Source of the DNA: Amphiscolops sp. MND2022
Lineage: Eukaryota
Assembly (NCBI GenBank): GCA_964187785.1
Contig: OZ076409.1
Span: 70,248,001-70,312,000 of the forward strand
Reading direction: 5' to 3'
Length of the DNA stretch: 64,000 nucleotides
Shown: in pieces, positions 25,601 through 39,300 of the stretch
Numbering within the stretch: the first letter of the stretch is position 1
Layout of the letters: the number at the start of each line of letters is the position of its first letter
Notes under the pieces: model-generated
The model's input: only the letters and a program-made list of their open reading frames with translations
Told to the model about the DNA's origin: nothing
Database searches by the model: none
Made by a program: the position numbers and the translations under genes

Positions 25601-28600
25601 CAATAAGAAGATTCATAGCTCGAAGAGGTTGCCCTAAAAAGATTTTCTCTGATAACGGAACAAATTTCATTGGATCCCTTGGTGAGCTAATTAAACTCAA
25701 AAAGCTAGTCAGAGAACGCTACAATTGTGACAGTCTACCTCAATCAGTCTTGGATTTGGGCATCAATTGGGCTACAATTCCCGCAAGAGCTTCACATTTC
25801 GGGGGACTATGGGAAGCGGCTATCAAATCAATGAAGTTACACTTCCAAAAGATTGTCGGAAAAGCCACTCGATTGCAATTAGATGAAATGTATACCATTA
25901 CGTGTCATATTGAAGCTATCATGAACCAATGACCAATTACTTTCATTCCTAATGATGCGCTTAATAATTGCCCTCTAACACCTTCAATGCTATTGACTGC
26001 ATTCAAACGAGATTATCTTCCAATTGTTGCTGATGTTCAAGATATGAAACCCGATGAACAATGCCCCATCAAAAGATTCAACTATCTGCAGTCGATGATT
26101 CAACATTTTTGGAATAGATGGTCAAAAGAGTATCTTACAGAATTGCAAGTACGACAAAAGAACAACAAAAAATGTAACTATTTGCAAAAAGGTGATTTAG
26201 TTTATATAACTGATGCTAATATCCCTCCATTGTATTGGCCAATTGGTATTATTGTTGAAACATACACTGGAAAAGATGATTTAGTTCGCGTTGTAAAAGT
26301 CAAACCGGAAAGGAAAAGTTTACAGTTCGTCCTATTGTGGAGTTGAAGAAAATTCAATTGAAATGAAAACTTACTATTATTGGTGATCCTTCTTGTACTG
26401 CCATGCACGCAGGTACCGGCCCTTGCTGTCCTTCGCAACTTTCCTCCTTCGATACCTGCGTACACGGCTGACAGAGACTGGTATACTCTCGAGTGGTCCG
26501 TCGTACAGTTGGTGTTCTCCAGCATACCAGTCCCTGTCCTCTTCTTTGATCTCCTCCTTCACCTCTGCCTTCGGGACAACAACCCTCACCAACCGGAGAG
26601 TCAGGAATCTTCTTCTTTTACACCGGCTGGCAAGGATTTGGTTTAAGGACGGCAGAGGATCCAGAGAAGAAATTTTGCTTGCCGCGCTTGTGAAGAAAGT
26701 TGGATGAATTTGTAGAATTTATTCACACTTGTTCACATTTATTCATCATATCACTCTTTTGTTAATAAAAGTTGAAAGACAGTCAGCTTTGTCAGCTCAG
26801 CCAGCTTTGTTTGTTTAGTAAACAAACAAATTCTCAAGTACCTTTCAAGGATCGTAGCATCAATCGTTTTTATTGTTTCAAATGTCAAGGCTGTAAACCT
26901 TTCTAAGGTTTTGACAAGGCTTCGGGAAGATACGAACATGGTAAAGAATAGGGCATTGGTAATATTGACAGAATCTTCCTAAAAATAGTCTTGAACTGAT
27001 CTTTTTCAGCTTGTTTAGTATGTTTCTTGGAACATATATGACGTTTAATGTAATTTGTTTTATTTAGACTCCTGAAGCCCAGTGAGTACATTCAGATGGC
27101 TGGGAGAGCTGGCAGAAGAGGCAGAGACGACACTGGCACAGTCATCATCTTCTGTGACTCCCACGTGCCAGACAGTCAGGACCTGAGGTCTCTCACCACA
27201 ACCAAGCTGGCCTCCCTAAGGAGTCACTTCCACGTCACTTACTCCATGATTCTCAAGATATTCAGATCCGAAAGCCAGCTCAACATAGAAGACATGATGG
27301 GAAGGTCTTTCTCTGAGATAAGGTGGGCTCTCTTCACAATTCTCAGCCACTTTTTTCGACATAATCCGTGTGTGGGGCAATCTTTAAACATACTCTTGAA
27401 AAAAGTAACTAAAAACGAAACCACAGATTTAATTCGCTGACAAATCCTTGTCCAAAATTTTGCTATTCGAGTTGAGATCTGAATTGGATTGGCTGCTCTC
27501 TATTCGGTTTTTGTAAGCAAACTTTAAACTCGGTCTACAAAAAATACACTCTCTAACCATCTATTGGAATTTCTACTAGATGGTTTTTGGAAATGCATAA
27601 TTCAGCATAAATTTTCAGTATTTATATATACGGGAACCGTTACTGACACTGCAAGGAGGCTCTGCAGCTTGCAGCGATTCAGCACTATCTCATCTTTCAG
27701 TTATAAAATTGCACCTTTGAACTCTGGGCCATCATTCCCGTTGCAGACCAACATAGTTTCGCCTCGCACGGTCCCTTTTTAGCAAAGAGAAAATTATAAT
27801 TCAGCACAAAAATGGAATCGCAAATATTAAAAGAAGCATTTTCTATACGGCCGTTTTTATTAGTCGGCACATTTTAGTAGAAAATGTGCCCGACTCTTAC
27901 AGTGGGTAGTTTTTTTTTACTCGCGTAAGGTCCACTTTTTTGCTCATTTGTTCAGTTTGACCAAAACATACCGCAAACCTTAGAACCTCATCCAAAATTA
28001 TAAAACCGGCTTCCAGAACCTTGAAAACAACTAAGGATCCCCACTTTGGCTATCTGGGTGTTTTTGCACATGACGAAGTCAATGTGCATTGCAGTCCAGC
28101 TAAGAAAGTTTTTTTTCCACAGTAGCCAACTTCATAATAAGCGCCTTTTAGAGAAAAGCCAAAACCCCAGAGAGATTCGAACCTGCAGCCTCCCGATTGC
28201 GCGGCATAAGTGTTAACCACTGTGCCATAAGGACGTTATTGAATGAAGTTGAACTGTTGAATATATACGCATGCGATTAAAATAATATATATACGCATAT
28301 TAAAATAATCGTTGTCTTCGTCATGTGTTGCGAAGCACCGCTTCGCCTCTGTGTTAACTATTTTTTCGGCACTATGAGACTTTTCGAAAATTTTTTGATT
28401 GTACCAAAGGGTCCCCCCTTCAATTTTTTTTGATATTTTGGAACATAATAGATGTTTGAAAATCCCAAAGCGTCCCCCCTTTCAGTTTTTTCGGCACTAT
28501 GAGACTGTTCAAAATTGTCATTTTTCATCTGACATTAGGTTTTCTCAATACATATCCACCAATATTTTTTTCAATACTATCCGAAATTTGAACGTAATAT

Positions 28601-30381
28601 CCGGAGTAAAGTGCTATATTCGAATTTTTCACATTGTTTCCGAAGTATATTCCGTTTCACTGAGGAGGAAGCGGAGGTTCGAAAACAAGTGCTCGCATTT
28701 GTCCCAGCCGCTATATCCGAACTTCGGAAGCGTTTTCCCAGCACGGAAGGCTTCCTTTGGGTGAAACTTTTTGTGAGTTTTTGAGCATATTTTGAAAATT
28801 TTGCACTTTTTGAGCCTTAGATATAGCGCCGACTTTGGCCGTTCTCGGCTTGTTGATGGTTTATTTGGTTTATCAAATTGATTAAATTCATTTTCTCATT
28901 TCAGACGCATATTTATTCACGAGAAATCAGTAGCCGAAGCTGAAAACCTGGAAAGGGCTCTGGAAGAGGAAGGAGACAAGTCCGACTCACTTTGCATCAG
29001 CGACGATTATACCGAAGAAACACTGAACTCTTACATCCTCAACTCTGAAAAGTACTTCAACCTCTACGGAGAAGCTCTGGAGAACTACAGGTTGACAGTT
29101 TTTGCTGAGCACCTAAAAGTTGGCACTCTGGTAGTTATGAATTTCTCATCAATGCACAACACGTTGGGAGTTGTGCTTGAAATTCTCCGAGATAGGTCGC
29201 TGCAAATTTTGACTTCTGTCGACAGTAAATTGCCTTATCACGAAATAACCATGGCTTCCAAAACCGACTTGTTTGCTCAGTTGCCGTTGTTCGGAGAGAA
29301 CCCCAACTTTTGCCAAGACTTCACGCCGTGTCTTGTCAACTGTAGATTTTCGCAGTTGCTGTTAATTACCAAGTTTTCAATTAATTTGAGCCAAGCAAGT
29401 GCGCATTCTATTATCGAAGGGTTTGAAAAACGAGCCAAGTACCAAAGAATCCCATTTCAGTTCTCAAAGTCCGTGTTCGATACTCTAGAATCCGTGCTTG
29501 ACGTTTTCCAGAATGCTAAAGTTAGTAGAGAAATGATGTCGATTGATGTTCTTTCATTGTTTACAAACCGAAACAAAACTCTGAAGCAACACGATCTTTA
29601 TGAGAACATTTTATCTACATTGGATCTACTTTTGCATGGACAAGCACAAAATGATAAATTTTTAGATCAAGCTAAAGTCTACCACAGGAAATTACATAAA
29701 CGCAGAGAGCTTGAAAAGCTACGGGCTAGTTTGAGCAGCGAGACTCTACAGAATTACCGCAACTATCAAGAACGCCGTGAAATCTTACGCAAGAGCAAAT
29801 ATCTGGATGAGTGCGATAAATTAACACTGAAAGGCAAAGTCGCGTGCCAAATTTCGGTGCAAGAAATTCTCATCACAGAAGCTGTTTTCGCCAATTTGTT
29901 CGAAAAATTGACAGCTGCCGAAATTGCTGCGTTTCTGTCCATCTTCGTTTACCAGGGTCCGGCCAGTGAAGAATTGGATGTGGAAAAGTTTGTGGATAAT
30001 ATCCCAGTGAAAAACGCGATTTACAAAATGATGAATGTAAGAGCAGACTTCATGAAACACGTGGGCATCACCGAATTTGGGATCCCCAATTACGGGGATG
30101 TTTGTGTCAATTTAGTGGATACAGTGTTTTTGTTTGCAAGTCAGTCTTCCTATGCGGAGATCATTCAAAGTGTAGATCGAATGGAACAGTTGGGTGCCAA
30201 ACCAGTTTTGGAAGGCGACATTGTAAGATGTTTGCAGCGAGTGGAGTATCTTGTGCGTGAATTGTTGGCCATGACATTCATTATAGGAGACCAGAATTTG
30301 GCTGCCCGTTTCCAGGAGGTTCATCAAGCGTTCAAGTCCGAATTGGTGTTTGTAAACAGTCTTTACCTGCAGAGCAGCTAA
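16668..30381 (+). CDS. SKIV2L: SKI2 subunit of the superkiller complex, DExH RNA helicase. Exons 16668-17235, 17967-18208, 18442-18748, 19507-19995, 20190-20379, 27068-27322, 28905-30381
   Basis: [82 protein letters not shown], and DSHCT-like LKGKVAC...EGDIVRC...SLYL; all splice phases are consistent. Confidence 0.93.
20438..20683 (+). repeat. 5' LTR (246 bp) followed by PBS TGGTGGCC (20687-20694)
   Basis: TGT...TCA bounded by the TSD; last 192 bp repeated at 26671-26862; PBS is complementary to a tRNA 3' end GGCCACCA (Ile-like). Confidence 0.85.
26671..26862 (+). repeat. 3' LTR, missing its first 54 bp
   Basis: No differences from 20492-20683 found by eye; followed by the TSD ATCGT. Confidence 0.9.
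27854..28854 (+). mobile_element. HINE-like element containing a minus-strand tRNA-like segment (~28165-28232)
   Basis: 5' TTAGTCGGCAC..CGACT; 3' GCGCCGACTTTGGCCGTTCTCGGCTTGTT; minus-strand TGGCACAGTGG...GGTTCGAATC. Confidence 0.7.
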
Positions 30382-30884
30382 TTGTGTTCTGTAGTCGTTT
30401 CAACTCGGTCCGAAATGTGGAAAGAGTTGTTCATAAAATTGGTGAACTTTTCGGACAAATCCTTGCATCTCAGAAAACGGATGTTGAATCAAATTACTCG
30501 CGCGTAATGCATAATGAGATTGATGCCGAGTGAGTCCAATTGAAAAAAATATCTGTCTATTTCGCCCAGATATGTTGTACGATTTGAAGTATTGATTGAG
30601 TCGAGAGGCGGCTGCTTATAAACTGAGAAGGAATTGACACCATTTTGATATTTTGCTGATAGATCCGCTTTAAACTGTAGTTAGATTTTAAATTTTAGTT
30701 TTTATATTGCTATTTTTCCACTTCAATATTTTCAATATTTGTAACCGAGCTGCTGCTTCAAACAAGCGTGTATTGATCTTTTCAAAGTGTTTGTCCAAAC
30801 TTTCTGCTCATTTTCAGATTGATTGTGTGCCTTGGCGTAGTGTTATTGGATTGTATTATATTAATATCACAACTCCGTTTGATC

Positions 30885-31800
30885 ATGTCGACCAGTATCG
30901 TGCAAGCTGTCACCAACATGTGGGACGAGTATCACTCCGCCACCCCAAAGAGACTGAAGCTGATTGACTGTTTCCTGGGTTATGTCATGGCAACGGGCAT
31001 CATTCAGTTCGTGTACCAACTCATAGTCGGATCGTTCCCCTTCAACTCGTTCCTCGCAGGGTTCATATCTACTGTCGCTACTTTCATCCTCACTGGTAAG
31101 TTGGAAAGAAAGAAAAACAATTGCTAATAGTCTGTGGCAGCTGACATTTTAGATCGTCTGACGTTTTCTCTGATAATCTGAGACCAGAGTGCACGAGAAA
31201 AGCATGGCATGCTGTAATTAACAATATTGTTAAGATTGGAATAATAAGCAGTTTCATTCAGCCAATTCGTCGTTAAATTCGAAGTCGTTGTGCCATCTAC
31301 CATCTAAAACTTGTAGTGACTTGCGCGTGTCTGGGTAGTTCCGGTATTTTGAGTGGCAAGTGTTTCTCAGAATTTGGACTGTTGATGCTACAAAAAATGC
31401 ACTGTATGTGATTCCGAAGTGGTAATATCTACACATTTAAAGAATTTTTCCTAGGAAGTGATATGATTTCAAAATTAAATTTTACATCTAGGCATCTAGT
31501 TGCTTAGGTTGGGATTCGTTTGACATTAACTCGTTGAGTGTTGTATCGGACCCTTGTCAATATTGCTACTCTCTTCCTCGCCTCTTCTTTTTAATAATAA
31601 TGATTATTTTATTATGAAGAAACCCATGATAATAATGATATCTTCTCTTAAAAAGATTTGTTTTGGTTTCAGTAAGCTTACGTATCCAAGTGAACCCTGA
31701 GAACAAGAAACAGTTTGACGTCACACCTGAGCGCGCGTTTGCCGACTACATATTCGCCCAGGTGATTCTGCATCTGGTGGTGATGAATTTCATTGGCTGA
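30885..31800 (+). CDS. DAD1: Defender against cell death 1 / OST2 oligosaccharyltransferase subunit. Exons 30885-31095, 31673-31800
   Basis: [42 protein letters not shown] joined to [37 protein letters not shown]. Confidence 0.97.
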
Positions 31801-32327
31801 TTTGCGCTGAGAGACGAAGACCGCAGGTCTACAAGAGGTGGCGGGTTCCTTGTGTATTGACTATTGAATATCTTGAACGCTTTCTGCTGACCTTAAATGC
31901 CATAAATTGAAGTGAAAGTTTATGAATATGGTTCTACTTTAAATTATCATTCGGTGTTGATTTGTCACTTCGTCATATTTCTATTTGTATTTGTTATTGA
32001 TGTAACTGCAAGTATTTTGCCGAATACATTGTGTATATCCTCCTTAAAGCCTAATAAATGTTCAAAAGAAAATTTTTATTTGGCGGAGACAACGGATAGG
32101 CTCGATTCTCTGATATTGTAGTCCGTGCTTTTGACAACTTGTTATCGAATATAGACATTAAATTTTGAAAATTTAATGTCTATATTCGATAATTAAAGCT
32201 TCAAAGCGTGCTTGTTTCGAAAACGAGCACTCAAAAACAATTGCGATTCTCTTCAAATGATATTTTTACTCAGTAATTAGGATTGAAAGCTCGACAGCAG
32301 ATTCTCTTGTTTTAATGCCTAAGAGGA

Positions 32328-33039
32328 AACAAGCCGGGACCAGCCCAAGTCATCGCCATATCCAAGGCTCAAAAATAGCAAAAGGACTTCCAAGTGTCAA
32401 ATAACAGTACTCAAAAATCGAAAACCCAAAAAATGGACCGAGTTGCGCGCCGGGCCCGCTAGCGCGAGCCCCTGGCGCGCTAAAAGGGGGACACTTCCGA
32501 AATTGTCATCATTTTTGTCGCAGTTGTAGGGGGACCCTTTGGAGAAAAAACAAATTTTCGAATAAGTCTCGCAATGCCGAAAAACTGAAAGGGGGACCCT
32601 TTGGGATTCTTAAACACCCAATCTGTTGTAAAATATCAAAGAAATTGAAGGGGGACCCTTTGGAGAGAAAAAAAATTAGAAAAAAAAGTTTCACAATGCC
32701 GAAAAACTGAAAGGGAGGACCCTTTGGGGTTTTTCAACATCCATTCTGTCGCAAAACATCAAAAAATTGAAGGGGGACCCTTTGGGGAAATTTTTTTTCC
32801 GAAAAAGTCTCGCAGTGCCGAAACAAATTGAAAGGGGGGACCCGGTATGGTATGTTACGCGGGAAAATAGGAAAAACCTTTTTGGTTCAGTTCGCTAGGC
32901 CAAATGGTGCAATTTGGTGCAACAATATTTTGTAGAACTTTTAAGAACTATTTTGGTCAGTTCGTGTGGATTGAAAAAAAAAGAAAACAAAGAGTCACTA
33001 TAATAGTCGCGTTTCACTTCATGAAGCGTCGACTAAAAA
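32328..33039 (-). mobile_element. HINE-like element with GGGGGACCCTTT subrepeats
   Basis: Both family termini are present (AACAAGCCGGG ... GCGTCGACTAAAAA). Confidence 0.7.
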
Positions 33040-33345
33040 TCCGAATATAGCGTGCTGTACGAGATGGTACATTTCAAGATTTTGGATTCGAAAAAAAACG
33101 ACGAAAAGCCACGATGAAGCGCCGACTAAAAAGGTAATTATGGGGAAAATCTCATCCTGTTAACATTTCAGATGGCAATGACAACTGAGATAATCCGATT
33201 TGTCATATTGTACTATCACTAGCCCTAATTATAGTAAGTAGCCCGCTACAAAGATTATTTTGTCCTGTCAAACAAAGTGATTAAATGGAAATGCTTGTTG
33301 ACACCTTTGTGGGAAATACCAATCAAGGCTTTCGGTTTTTGAGAA

Positions 33346-36300
33346 ATGACAAGCATTACTTCTGTTAGTGTTTGCGATTCCTCCGAATCCATTCAAGATA
33401 ACCCTCCTGAAGAACCTGAACCGGGCCTTTCAGAGGAAGAATTAGTGCTAAGTGACAACCAGTCTTCAATCAGTGAATTTCCAGATACTTCAACTGCACA
33501 CATTTGCCTTGAGCCTTCAAAATCCGTGTTGAACAAAGTGTTCCACAAATCATTATCCTTGATGCGTATCCGCCCTGAGCTTATCTGCATAATCAATTCG
33601 GTTGGTGTATGTTTGGCTATATATTACTTTCCGTCCCCGTATTCCAAATGTGGGAATGCAAAATTACTGACTTAGATGCGTTTTTAGTCGGCGCCTTTTC
33701 CCTCAAGGAAAAAAGCCCGACTATTACAGTGGGTAGTTTTTTTCAGTTCAATATGAATGGTCCACTTTTTTTGTTCATTTGTTCATTTTTTTAGCCGAGG
33801 TATTTTAGTTCGGATATAACGTTTTCAAAATTCGGATATAACGTTCTCAAAGTTCGGATGTAATATTTTCAAAGTTTGGATATAACGTTTTCAAAGTTTG
33901 TATATAACGTTTTCAAAGTTCGAATGTAACGTTTTCAAAGTTCGGATATGACGTTTTCATTTCTCGTATAGCATTATCAATTTTTTCCCAAATTTTACAA
34001 TTTGTTGAGCCTTAGATATGGCGCCGACTTGGGCCGTTCCCGGCTTGTTTTGACTAAATTTGCTGTTCCAGTTATCTACCAAAATGATGATAGTTCTTAT
34101 TCTGAAGTCAACTACCAAGAGATTAGCTTCGTAGCATGTATTTGAGGATCTATTTGAATATTTTGGAAAAGTTCCCGGAAATACCTCGAAATGGTCATAA
34201 ATGCCATTTTTTCGCAAATTTTGGTGAAATTTTTGAACGTTCGCAGACATATTAATTACATACTTGGCATACTTTAAGAGAAATCTGAAATTTTTGATCT
34301 GAAAAATGTACCAAGATACTCAAAAAAAAGATTTTTTGAATTTTTTCTTTTTCGGCCGTTTTACGCAACTTGGGTACTGTGTTTAGCCGGTACATTTTGT
34401 AAGAATATGGGCCCGACTAGAACGAGTAGTTTTTAGTCGGTGCGTACGAAGTAAAAGCCTGCGACAGCTGTGGTTTTTTAAAGAGACGCGAAGTGACAGT
34501 TTTAATTAACAAGCCGGGAACGGAATAAGTCGGCGCCATATCTGATGCTCAAAAAGAGCAAAACGACTCCAAAGTGTCAAGTATTTTACTGTACCTGAAA
34601 ACCCCAAAAGTTAGGGCGAATTGGCGCGCCGTGGACCCGCTAGCGCGAATCCCTTGCGCGCTAAAAGGGGGCCCTTTCGGATTTTTAAACATCCATTGTT
34701 GCAAAACACAAAAAATTGAATGGGGGGACCCTTTGGGGATTTTTTTCGAAAAGTCTCACAATGCCAAAAAAACTGAAAGGGGGACCCTTTAGTCTCGCCC
34801 GGTACTGTGTGTAAAAAAGTCACTATCATAGTTGCGTTTCACTTCATGAAGCGCCTACTAAAAATGATTGATAAGGTAACTTCTAACTGCTGGTAAGCAA
34901 GCATGGCATATCCGAATTTTCGACGTTATATCAGAAGTAAATTGTGTTTTACCCAGGAGAAGACCGAGGTTCAAAAAGCCCTCCTTTTTGTCAGCACGCT
35001 ATTTCCTAATTTATGACGTTATATTCGAAGTAAGTTGCGTTTCACTAAAAAAGAGGTGTGGGTTCGAATACTGCACTATATCCGAATTGTTATATCCGAA
35101 GTAAATTGCGTTTGACCAAAGAGAATGCAGAGGTTCGAAAAAAAACGCTCCCATTTGTGTCAGCACGCTATTTCCAAACTCATGATGTTATATCCGAAGA
35201 AATTGCGTTTTACTAAGGAGGACGCGGAGGTTCGAAATTATTGCGCTATATTCGAATTTATAACATTATATCCGAAGTAAGTTGTGTTTCACTAAAGAAG
35301 AGGTGAAGGTTCGAAAAGCTTTATCCGAATTTTTTTCTTGACCAGACTGACATTTCTAAACGTTTTTCAATAAGTTAACTTGGTACCATCTAACTTCCAC
35401 TTCGCTCAGGGGTTAACTCAGATATCCAGGCCTCGTGATTGACTCGGAGAAGCAAGAGGGCGTGGGGCGAGTCTCGTGCGAGACCATTTTTAGTCGGCGC
35501 TTTTCTTTAGAAAAGAGTCGACTATAGTCATGGTTTTTCGTTTTTTTTTGTAACTGTCCAAAATAGTCCTACCAAAAGTTCTTCAATTTTGGCAATGTCA
35601 CTTTTGGCAATCTATATACTACATTTGAGCTGTACAAAGTTCCAAGGAGTCCACTTCGACAATATCAATTCATACCGGATTTAACGCAAACCGGAAATTA
35701 CGAATTCCGGATATAACGTTTCTTGGAGAATTTTTCAATGATACAAAAGGATCCCCCTTTTGAATTTTCAGAAATTTGGAGTTGATACAAAATCATTTGA
35801 AGCCAAAGGGTCCCATTTGGATTTTTTCGGTATTGTGAGATTCTTTTTCAACTTTACCGAACAGCTGTTTTATTCTCAAAACTTTATCATACTTTGTTCA
35901 AGCTCTGCGTTTTCCGAAACTTTCAGTTGGTTAAAGGGTACCCTCCCGCTTGCATAGCTGATTCCGGCTTGAGAAAAGGTAGTTGTTCTAGCTGAAAGTT
36001 CGTTTTTCGGTACTATGACTTTTGCGAAAAAATCGATTTTTTTTTCGAAAAATGGATGTTTTGTGTTTCCAGTTGGGAAACATGTGGTTTACGAGTTTTA
36101 TGTGTATCCTTAGGGGTATTTTCGGCATTGAGAAAGTGATAAAAGTTTAAAAGCAATGTCCTTTGCATATTCAAGAGACTTGAGCGGCGCACCGACTTGG
36201 GCCGGTCCCTGTTTGTTTATATTTGCAACTGTAGAGGAAAACCAGAGGGTCTTCTTTGGGATTTTTTCCGGCACTGTGACTTTCTTCCAGAAGTTTTTCC

Positions 36301-39300
36301 ATCCGTTTTTTCAACAAAAAGTAATAATTAAGAACTTTTCGACAAACTTTCAAACTGTAATTGAAGCTTTCGCAACGAAAAATGAACGTACATTTTTTGA
36401 ACTGAGTGCAAATTTCAAACTCTTTGAATTAATTTTCACGAGGCGCTTAGTCGACCAGAAACATTTTCGTTGAATAGATCTGACATAAATATTGACATCG
36501 GGATATTTCTCCGAAAATGTTTGAATTTTACTACTTTGTTATAACTCAATATTTAGTCGGCGCTTTCTGTAGAAAAGAGTCGACTATAGTCATGGCGTTT
36601 CGTCATTTTTTCGATACCCCTGGACTAGCCAAAATGATTCTACAAAAGTTCTTCAGTTTTGACAGTAGCTTCTCACTGCCACCTGGTGGTTAACGCAGAT
36701 TTCCTGTCCTGGTCCTGGAGACGTGGGTTCGAATCTCGCACTAAACCATTTTTTTGTTTGCCAAAGTATAATGGCATTGTATATGAATGGCAAAGTATAA
36801 AAGGCCCCCATTGGAATTTTTCGGCACTGTGACTTTTTCTCAATTTTCTTCAATCGAAGTGATTTGATTTTTAGCAGGAATAGCGATTTGCAAGCATAAA
36901 GATTCTGTTTCTTTTACACAGTGCGACTTTCCAAAGTTTTTTCAAAAAATGTTTTTTTTGTAAGGAAACCCTTTTCCTGGTTCTAAGGTTGACCTCGTTG
37001 TTTATTTTTTGTTCCTGTGGAACTGATGAAAGTTTTCTCCGTAATTGTGAAGAATTTGGTATTTTTTGGCAGTATGCCACTTGCGAATCCCTTCGTGATG
37101 TTTCCCGCACTGTAAAGTTGATAATAATAGTGTCCTTTGCATATTCACGAAACTTTTTTAAAAAACTGGGGCGCGGTTCCGACTTGGGCCGTTCCAGTCT
37201 TTTTTTTCGTAAGACCGCAGTGAATGCGAATCGTCCTTTTTTCAACATAAGGTTTGTTCAGACCGTCCGTTTATTCACGAAGCCTGCAAGCAGAAGACAG
37301 TCGGTTCGAAATCTTCCTAGGACTAAATATTTTTGTTTGCATTTGGGTTTCTTCGGCCTTGTGCGATTTTTTTCATCCATTTGATGGTTTTAATATTTTC
37401 ATTCAAAGAAAACGTTTCTCCGGGACGCAGGTCGCCCCCTTCGGGCATTTTACCACTCTGAAAGTTGGAAAATCCGCACTGAAGATTTCTTTGAGGCTTT
37501 ACACCTTTTGGGCTTTAAGGGGGGCACTGACGTTCGACGGTACCGTCTTTTTTCATTTTAGTGGGTTTGAAAAATGAAAGAGTTCGACGTCACAACATAT
37601 ACTTTAGCATACCTTCTAAGGAAGAAGTTTCAATGAAAATTGCCAAAAAAGGGGCAAAAGTTTTAAAGAGGACAGCTACGCTGGAGCCTAAAGAATATAT
37701 CATCGCTAAAATTAATCAGGACCGAAAATCTCATAGTGCTCAACACGATTCTTGTTAATATTGCTGATTAATATATTGACACGTTCAGTCCTGAGGTTGC
37801 AGCACTGAGAACTGTTTAGGTTTGCATTTCATAAGATTCTATCTGGAAAACATGTGGAATTGTATTTGTATTTACAGTTTTTGACTTTTTCCAGTTTTTT
37901 TCACATGCAGAAGTATTACTAATATCGGACTGGGTTTTTGGTCAGCGCTTTCTTGAAAAAAAGCGCAACTCTGAAAGTGGCTTTTCGCTTTTTCAACCCA
38001 CTGACCAAAATAGTTCTACAAAATCTTAAAATAGTGAAATGTACCATTTGACTCAGCACGCTATATCAGAATTTTTGACGTTATATCCGATAAATTGTGT
38101 TTTACTAAGGAGGAGGTGGATGCTCGAAAATATTGCGCTATATACGAATTTTTGACGTTATATCCGAACTATATTGCGTTTTACTAAGGAGGATGCGGAT
38201 GTTAGAAAAAAAACGCTCCCGTGTAGCCCAGCGCGCTATATCCGAAGTGAATTGCGTTTTATTAAGTCGGAAGCGGGGGTTCGAAATTGTTGCGCTATAT
38301 CCGAATTTTGATGTTATATCCGAAGTAAATAGCGTTTTACTGAGGCAGAGACGGAGGTTCGAAAGAAGCGCTCCCATGTGGCCCAGCATGTCATATTCAA
38401 ACGTCTGAAGCATTTTCGAGCACGAAAGGCACGCTGTGGGTGTTTCGAAACTTTTTGTGAGTTTCCCATAAAAACGTGCTGAGCATATTTTTAAAACTTT
38501 TTTTGAGCCTTAAGTATAGCGCCGACTTGAGATTCCCGTCTTGTTGATTACTAGTAATTGGCATTTTTTTAAAATAAGATGTCCCATTTGGGCAAGTAAT
38601 TTTCTTCAACAAACATTGTGGTGTTCTTCTTTAGGTGCTAGTTCCTTTGTTCATATCATCTCTTGTAGAACTGAAGCCTGCTGACTCTAAGAAGCTTTAC
38701 GCTGCCTATGATGAAGGACCTTTCTTCCGGCAAAGTCAGCAGAATAAGACCTGGAATTTTCACGACATACACGATTCGTCTTTAGGTTAGCATCAATTCC
38801 ATTTTTGGTTTTCTTTCAATATTATGGTGTCCCATACATGAACTTAATACCATATGTCGTTTTTTCTCCAAATTGTTCCTGTAGTTTACAAACTATCAAG
38901 TTTCATTAAATATCGAATATCTGATTGTACTTACTTTATTATTGTATCCATTCCATTCTTCATCACAACACATATTTCGTATTTATGCTAACTGCCTACG
39001 TATCAATGGATATTTACATGTTTTCTTTTTCAGATTTTTTCCTACTGTCTCACTTTCTTTGGAAGATAATATTCTTATCATTCTCAATCCTTAAAAGTAG
39101 CCTCGAGTTTTTACTTCTCGGTCAGTTGCCAAATTTAGTCAAATTAACGAAAACTGTGTTGACGTTGAAACAATTTAAAGTTTAAATTGACATTTTAAAG
39201 CAGGTTGATTACCAGCGTGTCATGATTCACATCATGTACACTATCTCAAAATTTCGTTTAAGTGTTCAGGAAGCAGGACGTGGACCAATAGAAGACCTCA

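Larger units (their letters stand above)
20438..26862 (+). mobile_element. BEL/Pao LTR retrotransposon (gag, protease, RT, RNase H, integrase; disrupted) in SKI2 intron 5
   Basis: TSD ATCGT at 20433-37 and 26863-67; TG...CA ends; gag [11 protein letters not shown] and Zn knuckles; [45 protein letters not shown]; integrase GIDFAGP, SDNGTNF, GGLWEA. Confidence 0.95.

Noticed and set aside
17967..30381. MTR4 identity for the helicase
   Set aside because: [12 protein letters not shown] and the long N-terminal extension fit SKI2 better than MTR4 ([12 protein letters not shown])
34905..35332. CRISPR-like repeat/spacer appearance (also 38060-38370, 33808-33957)
   Set aside because: Inter-repeat segments are homologous to each other, the repeats are degenerate, there are no cas genes, and the context is a eukaryotic intron
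32300..38600. Many short F/K/G/P-rich ORFs in the track
   Set aside because: Chance translations of HINE-like repeats; only 33346-33606 is a real exon
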